Assembly: GCA_964035545.1 (NCBI GenBank)
Contig: OZ037771.1
Span: 5,923,190-5,987,189, forward strand
Origin: Bugula neritina
Lineage: Eukaryota; Animalia; Bryozoa
Reading direction: 5' to 3'
Length of the DNA stretch: 64,000 nt
The translations under genes were made by a program, and so were the position numbers. Numbering within the stretch: position 1 is the first letter of the stretch; each line of letters opens with the position of its first letter. Below, piece by piece: positions 47,204 to 64,000 of the stretch. The notes beneath the pieces were generated by a model that searched no databases, was not told the origin of the DNA, and saw only the letters and a program-made list of their open reading frames with translations.

Positions 47204-50200
47204 GGTCAGGTCAGGTCAGGATCTAATAACCTGCTACTGGTACCATGTAATCCAGTACCACCTGTTTCATGGTCGAGCCGCTGGCGACTAAACCAGTGTA
47301 CACCCGCTGCCTTGCGGGATGTGTTTCAAATAAACACAAAGGCTATGGGAGGTGGTCCCTATACAAACGCAACGGGTCTGTGAACACTCGTCAGGAAACT
47401 GAAAGGGCGAATGAATTCCATGAATCAACGGCCATTCACTGCAACTAGGCATGTTTTCCAGTCGTCGAGGCTCCCTTGCCACTGGATCCATACATGCTTA
47501 GCCAAGCTTACAGAGTATCGTTTCGTGCGACAATGCTCTATACCACGCACAGCTTCTGCTTGCAACCCTCCTCAAGCCCTGCGGCGATTGGGGCGTAGCG
47601 ATGGGAACAGGGAAGTGAAGCCTGGAAGTTTCCAGTTACAAACCAGCACGTAGGCGGTAGAGATTTATCAGTCGCTCAACTTAGGACAGGGAGCAGTATG
47701 GTTGTTCGGTAGTGATCTCTATGACTGAGCAGTCCTTTTTAGGACCCACTCTGCTCACCTCAATCAGAGGAGAGGGCTAGAAAAGGTGCCCCAAACATAG
47801 TCTGCTCCCAACTCAACCTGGCTGGATTACCGCGTCCAGCGGGTTCACCTCTTTGCGGTCAGAAAATACAAATGAACATAGCAACCTGGAATGTACGGAC
47901 AATGATGGACAATGATAAATCAAACAGACCTGAGAGAAGAACGGCTTTCATAGCTCGTGAACTCAGAAGACTAAATGTAGACATAGCAGCCCTTCAGGAA
48001 ACTCGCTTAGCTGATGAAGGGCAGCTCACGGAAATTGGTGGTGGGTACACTTTTTTCTGGAGAGGGAAACCAGCTGATGAACAGAGAGTTCATGGGGTTG
48101 GTTTCGCTATCAAGAATGAGGTTGTGAGGAAACTCGACCAGCTACCAGTGGGAATCAACGACAGGATGATGACTCTCCAACTAAACCTACGCCGCAACAG
48201 GAAAGCAACATTGATCTCAGCATATGCACCGACATTGCTTGCTGATCATCAGGAAAAGGAGCAGTTCTACTCCAATCTAGATATGGTTCTATCAGGGATC
48301 CCCAAGAGTGCGAAAATCATGGTCCTTGGAGATTTTAATGCTCGGGTTGGAAAAGATCACCATGTGTGGAAAAAGATAATTGGTAAAGATGGGACTGGGA
48401 AGCTAAATAGCAATGGGGAAATGCTGCTCACCAAATGTGCTGAACACTCCTTGGTAATCACAAACACTCTTTTTAGACAGAAAGACCGACGCAAGACCTC
48501 ATGGAGACATCCCAGATCTGGCCACTGGCACCTTATCGACTACATCATTGTCAAACAACGGGATGTGCAGGATGTGCGTATAACCCGAGCTATGGACCTA
48601 TCTGATGCTTGCTGGACAGACCATCGACTGATTCTGGCAAAAATGAACATATGTATTCATCCAAAACAAATGAACAGGAAAAGAAAGCAGACAAAAATAA
48701 ATCTATCGCTGCTCAACCAGCCAGAAATAAAGCAGGGCTTCCAAAGTGAGCTCACAGAGAATATCCAAGATATTGATGTAAATTCTACTCATGGCAGCTG
48801 GGAAGTTCTGAGAGATTCGATCTTGAAAACATGCCACTCAACCCTGGGTAAACCAGAACGAAAACATGAAGATTGGTTTGATGACAACGAACAAGAAATA
48901 AACGAGCTCATGAAGGAGAAACGCCATGCTTTCAGCTTATGGCACCAAGACTATAGAAATGTGGAAAAAAGGGAACATTATCATAAAATGAGAGGGAAAG
49001 TACAGGCGAGAATAAGGACAATAAAAAATGACTGGTGGATCCGAAAATCTGAGGAACTTCAGAGACTTGCTGAGACAAACAGTAGCAAAGAGTTCTTTTC
49101 CGCTACGAAGAGATTGTATGGCCCAATTTTTGGAGGATGTGGGCCAATAGCTTCCAAAGATGGTTCCACAATACATAAGGGGAAAGATGAGATCAAGGGC
49201 AGATGGGCTGAACATTTCTCAGAGCTGCTTAACCAAGACACTATGGTGGATGAGAAGACCTTAGAATGTCTGCCACAACTGTCAATACTGACCCACCTAG
49301 CCGAACCCCCAACGATTGACGAACTTGAGAAAGCATTATACATGACTAAGTCAGGAAAAGCTGCCGGACCGGATGGAATACCTGGAGAAATTTTTAAAGG
49401 TGGTGGGCTAGAATTGAACAGAAAATTGCTGGAACTCTTTCAGCTGATTTGGGAAAAAGAATCACTTCATCCTGATCTGAAGGATGCTAATATTGTAACT
49501 CTTTACAAGAAGGGTAACAGAGCCGATTGTGGAAACTATAGGGGTATCTCTCTGCTATCCATTGCTGGAAAGCTTCTGGCGAGAATAGTTAGTTTTAGAC
49601 TTGGCCAATTGACAGAGAGATGCCTACCAGAGAGCCAATGTGGCTTCAGACCTTACCGAGGAACTGTGGATATGATTTTTGCTGCTCGGCAGATTCAAGA
49701 AAAATGCCTAGAGCAGCATCGTGATCTGTTTATGGCATTCATCGATCTAAAGAAAGCCTTTGACACAGTTCACAGACCAACGCTGTGGAAAGTGCTAGGC
49801 AAGATTGGATGCCCCGACAAATTAGTTACCATCATTCGCATCTTACATGATGACATGAAGGCATCAGTATTAGTTGATGGAGACCACTCTAAGGAGTTTC
49901 CTGTGAACACAGGAGTAAAACAGGGATGTGTGATAGCACCTACATTGTTCTCGATTTTCCTCACTGCTGTACTTCAACTAGTGAGTGAATGTATGCCATC
50001 TGGAGTAAGAATCAGATATAGATTTAATGATATTTTCAATGTCAGACGTCTCAGAGCTAAGACGAAGACAGCTACCGAGGCTATCCATGAACTGCAGTAT
50101 GCTGATGATAACATGATCATGGCTCATTCCGAGGAGGAACTTCAACTTGCTCTCACAGCATTCAATACAGCATACACCTCTCTTGGTCTAACACTCAATG

Positions 50201-51167
50201 CCAAGAAGACGCAAGTAATGTACCAACCACACCCGAATACTGAAAGACATGAGGATTTTTCCCTCAAGGTGGGAGACCAAATATTAGACCAAGTCACTAC
50301 CTTCAACTATTTAGGTAGCTGCCTATCCTCTAAAGCAAACATTGATGCTGAAATAAACCGAAGACTCCAGGCCGCCAGCTCCGCATTTGGGAGGCTGCAA
50401 ACACGCGTTTTCAACAACAAGGATATATACAGACAGACCAAACTAAAAGTATACAAAGCCATTGTTCTCCCGACACTACTTTATGCCTCTGAAACTTGGG
50501 TAACCTACAGCCACAACCTGCTGTCCCTCGAGAAATTTCACAACCGCAGTCTCAGGCGAATCCTCGGAGTCAAATGGCAAGACAGGCAGACTACTAACAG
50601 TGTCCTCGATAAAGCTCAAACTACAAGTATTACTACCATGATTGTGAAGAGACAACTGAAGTGGTCTGGCCATGTGGTAAGAATGGATGATAACCGGCTA
50701 CCAAAAAAGATCATGTACTCTGAGCTGAACACTGGAAATCGCTCACAGGGTGGTCAGAGAAAAAGGTATAAAGACACTCTACACGAGAGCCTTAAGCAGT
50801 GTTTCATTCGACCACAGACCTGGGAAGTTCAGGCCTTGGACAGAAAAAATTGGAGAACTGTTGTGCATCAAGGGACAGCGATTTTTGAACAACAACAACG
50901 CCAAAAACGAGAGCACAAACGGTTGTTAAGGAAAAGCAGGGAGTTATGCTCTGTTACACACCCACCAGTGACTGACTCTAGTAACATTTGTCCTCACTGT
51001 GGCAAATTATGCCGATCTCGAATTGGGCTTGTGAGTCACCTCAGAACTCACAACCTCTAGTAGGATTTTTACGGATTTTCGAATTGGAACGGATTACGGA
51101 TCACGGCACAGACCAGGGCTTGCAAGCAGACATCATACTCGTCACACGAGGGATTGCTGACAGACAG
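47204..51167 (+). mobile_element. Full-length RTE-clade non-LTR retrotransposon (LINE) with target-site duplication
   Basis: TSD ACAATGTATA at 47194-47203 and 51168-51177; 5' (GGTCA)n start; about 670-nt 5' UTR; single ORF; short 3' UTR with a CTCG-tcaca-CGAG hairpin and a (GACA)n tail. A single ORF with a short tandem-repeat tail is typical of the RTE clade. Confidence 0.95.
47872..51060 (+). CDS. RTE LINE polyprotein: APE endonuclease, reverse transcriptase and C-terminal C2H2 zinc finger (1062 aa, uninterrupted)
   Basis: APE motifs ATWNVRT, ALQETR, SAYAPT, LGDFNARVG, IDYI, TDHR. RT motifs GKAAGPDGI, NYRGISLLS, QCGFR, FIDLKKAFD, GVKQGCVIAPTLF, YADD, YLGS, LKWSGHV. C-terminal CPHCGKLCRSRIGLVSHLRTH. 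Confidence 0.97.
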   Translation: MNIATWNVRTMMDNDKSNRPERRTAFIARELRRLNVDIAALQETRLADEGQLTEIGGGYTFFWRGKPADEQRVHGVGFAIKNEVVRKLDQLPVGINDRMMTLQLNLRRNRKATLISAYAPTLLADHQEKEQFYSNLDMVLSGIPKSAKIMVLGDFNARVGKDHHVWKKIIGKDGTGKLNSNGEMLLTKCAEHSLVITNTLFRQKDRRKTSWRHPRSGHWHLIDYIIVKQRDVQDVRITRAMDLSDACWTDHRLILAKMNICIHPKQMNRKRKQTKINLSLLNQPEIKQGFQSELTENIQDIDVNSTHGSWEVLRDSILKTCHSTLGKPERKHEDWFDDNEQEINELMKEKRHAFSLWHQDYRNVEKREHYHKMRGKVQARIRTIKNDWWIRKSEELQRLAETNSSKEFFSATKRLYGPIFGGCGPIASKDGSTIHKGKDEIKGRWAEHFSELLNQDTMVDEKTLECLPQLSILTHLAEPPTIDELEKALYMTKSGKAAGPDGIPGEIFKGGGLELNRKLLELFQLIWEKESLHPDLKDANIVTLYKKGNRADCGNYRGISLLSIAGKLLARIVSFRLGQLTERCLPESQCGFRPYRGTVDMIFAARQIQEKCLEQHRDLFMAFIDLKKAFDTVHRPTLWKVLGKIGCPDKLVTIIRILHDDMKASVLVDGDHSKEFPVNTGVKQGCVIAPTLFSIFLTAVLQLVSECMPSGVRIRYRFNDIFNVRRLRAKTKTATEAIHELQYADDNMIMAHSEEELQLALTAFNTAYTSLGLTLNAKKTQVMYQPHPNTERHEDFSLKVGDQILDQVTTFNYLGSCLSSKANIDAEINRRLQAASSAFGRLQTRVFNNKDIYRQTKLKVYKAIVLPTLLYASETWVTYSHNLLSLEKFHNRSLRRILGVKWQDRQTTNSVLDKAQTTSITTMIVKRQLKWSGHVVRMDDNRLPKKIMYSELNTGNRSQGGQRKRYKDTLHESLKQCFIRPQTWEVQALDRKNWRTVVHQGTAIFEQQQRQKREHKRLLRKSRELCSVTHPPVTDSSNICPHCGKLCRSRIGLVSHLRTHNL

Positions 51168-52068
51168 ACAATGTATATTTTATTATATTTCAAATTTGAT
51201 GTACAAGTTGCACTGACTTTATTTGTGGCTTAAAATACTATTTTATTACATATCATTGAAAAATATTCTTACAGGATATTAGAGTATATAGTCTACAAAA
51301 CATTTAAATAATATATCCTAATAAATTTCAAAGAGAAAAAAAATTGGACAAAAATAACTGTAGCGTCGCCACTAACTATAGATGAGTTGTACTGGTGTTG
51401 GTTTTCGTAACTTTATTTTTACGTATTCCAACTGCCGTAAGAAACTGTAAAAGTAGGTTATTGATATATGCAACTATAACAGGTTTTTAAAATAAAACAA
51501 ACAGAAATTATTTATGAAATTGTAAAATATTCAAACATATATATATATCTTGAATTAATCACCTCTTGCCTTCTTTTAGTGGCTAGCTAGGTTAAGTTTG
51601 TTTCTATGAAACGGTATTACAGGTCTACTAAAAAATATCAAACTATAATAAAAATGACATTAAGTGATAACTGCAATTAGACAAATGTTAAGACAATCAG
51701 TAAGAATGAATGTATAGCCCATAGATAGGGATTAAAACTTATATTCAATGTTCACTTAAATTAGTAGCTGCATTAAACTACTGTAAGTGTAAAAATAAGG
51801 TTTTAACTGCCAATTAGAATATTATCCAGTGATAAACTAATCAATCACTGGAGAGCTTGCCTTAAGAATTTGTAATTTTGTGAGAAATCTATTATGAAGT
51901 AAACACATAGCCATAAATTCTATCATGCACTGACCACACTGGCATTCTAAAAATTGTCAAACTTATAAACATGTTAAATAAACCAAATAGTTATTCTTAT
52001 AGTTGAAATAGATAAAAATACTTAAGGAAAGCTTCAAATTATTACAAATACTGAAGAACAAAACTAAC

Positions 52069-52330
52069 CTGTGTCTCTTTAAGTTAATTCCAATTTAAAT
52101 TCACTTGTATTTCATTAATTATATCATTTAAAACTGATGTTATTGATGTAATAAGCTTGCATCGCTAGCGCGCTACTATTCCACTAACTGTAGGGTCAAC
52201 GTCTGCACTCAAACATCCGGGCTGCCTAAGCGTAACGCCACAGCCAATGAGCGAGAGCGTGCTGTTATCTAATTAATGAATTTACAACTAGCAGTCGTTG
52301 CGTAGGCGAGAATCACGTGATGCGATAACC
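52069..52330 (-). promoter_or_regulatory. Putative non-coding first exon and promoter of ABCC copy A
   Basis: A minus-strand donor (CAG|GTTAGT, exon edge at 52069) could splice to the acceptor at 43427-43426 ahead of the ATG exon. There is a CpG-rich patch at 52150-52370 with CCAAT (52244-52248) and a palindromic E-box ATCACGTGAT (52312-52321). Inference. Confidence 0.45.
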
Positions 52331-52794
52331 TATTTGAGTGGAACGTTGTGCTAAACGCAACGCTGAATGCTAGATTAACTATTATGTATTCATTACACTA
52401 CATTACTTTTACTGCTTGAATTAATTATGTTCAGTGCTAACTTTACAATAACCTTTATAGTCTGAAATATAAATTTCACTTTGATTTTATTAAGTAAAAC
52501 TAATTGGTCATTATGCAGAACAGATTAGTAAAACAAAAATCATAAAATAAAAACATACAACCATATAGAAATATTAAACCCAGCAAGAGAACTTGTTTGT
52601 CATGAAATAATTGCAAATAATTGTTAAACTAACTAACTAAACACATGAGAAGAATCACTCATCAAACATAATCACAGCTGATGTGTAAATAAGACTAATT
52701 TACAATATGAAGTCTTCACCCTGACGCAAAATTTGAATAATTGAAAATCTTTACCACTAATAAAATATAAAACAATTTATTTGAGTACAGCCAA

Positions 52795-63898
<11,104 letters not shown>

Positions 63899-64000
63899 TC
63901 AAGTATGTTCTACACTGTGAAGATCACTAAAGGAAGTCAGTTGAACAGTTAGTATTTGTTTTATTAAACATTTAAAATGTGCTTATGATAAATTTGTCAG

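Noticed and set aside
48937-50673. Antisense ORFs within the LINE
   Set aside because: Short shadow frames of the long RT ORF.

Overview
This is AT-rich, intron-rich eukaryotic DNA, probably from an invertebrate (inferred from composition and splice signals; not determined). I assembled four spliced genes by hand from GT-AG boundaries and reading phase. (1) A complete CDC16/APC6 gene on + (1239-18549, 15 coding exons). (2) A complete SLC35D3-like nucleotide-sugar transporter on - (5822-8841), nested antisense in the 9.2 kb fourth intron of CDC16. (3) A complete short-form ABCC5/MRP5-like ABC transporter on - (copy A, 20087-43391, about 31 coding exons), convergent with CDC16. (4) The 3' half of a tandem ABCC paralogue (copy B, 52795 to beyond the window end). 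An intact full-length RTE-clade LINE (47204-51167, 10-bp TSD, 1062-aa APE-RT-ZnF ORF) lies between the two ABCC coding regions, probably in a 5' UTR intron of copy A. There are also a TSD-flanked SINE, several MITEs, a 1.3 kb palindromic element, a decayed RTE fragment that gave rise to a minisatellite, and many minisatellites. The most notable observations are: patchy near-identity (gene conversion) concentrated in the nucleotide-binding domains of the two otherwise diverged ABCC paralogues; the nested antisense gene; tandem repeats built from splice junctions; a candidate pseudoknotted or ribozyme-like LINE 5' UTR; a micro-exon-built basic/Ser linker in ABCC copy A; and a candidate bidirectional poly(A) site. 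I see no evidence of a wholly new biological system. All homology calls come from motif recognition, not database searches.
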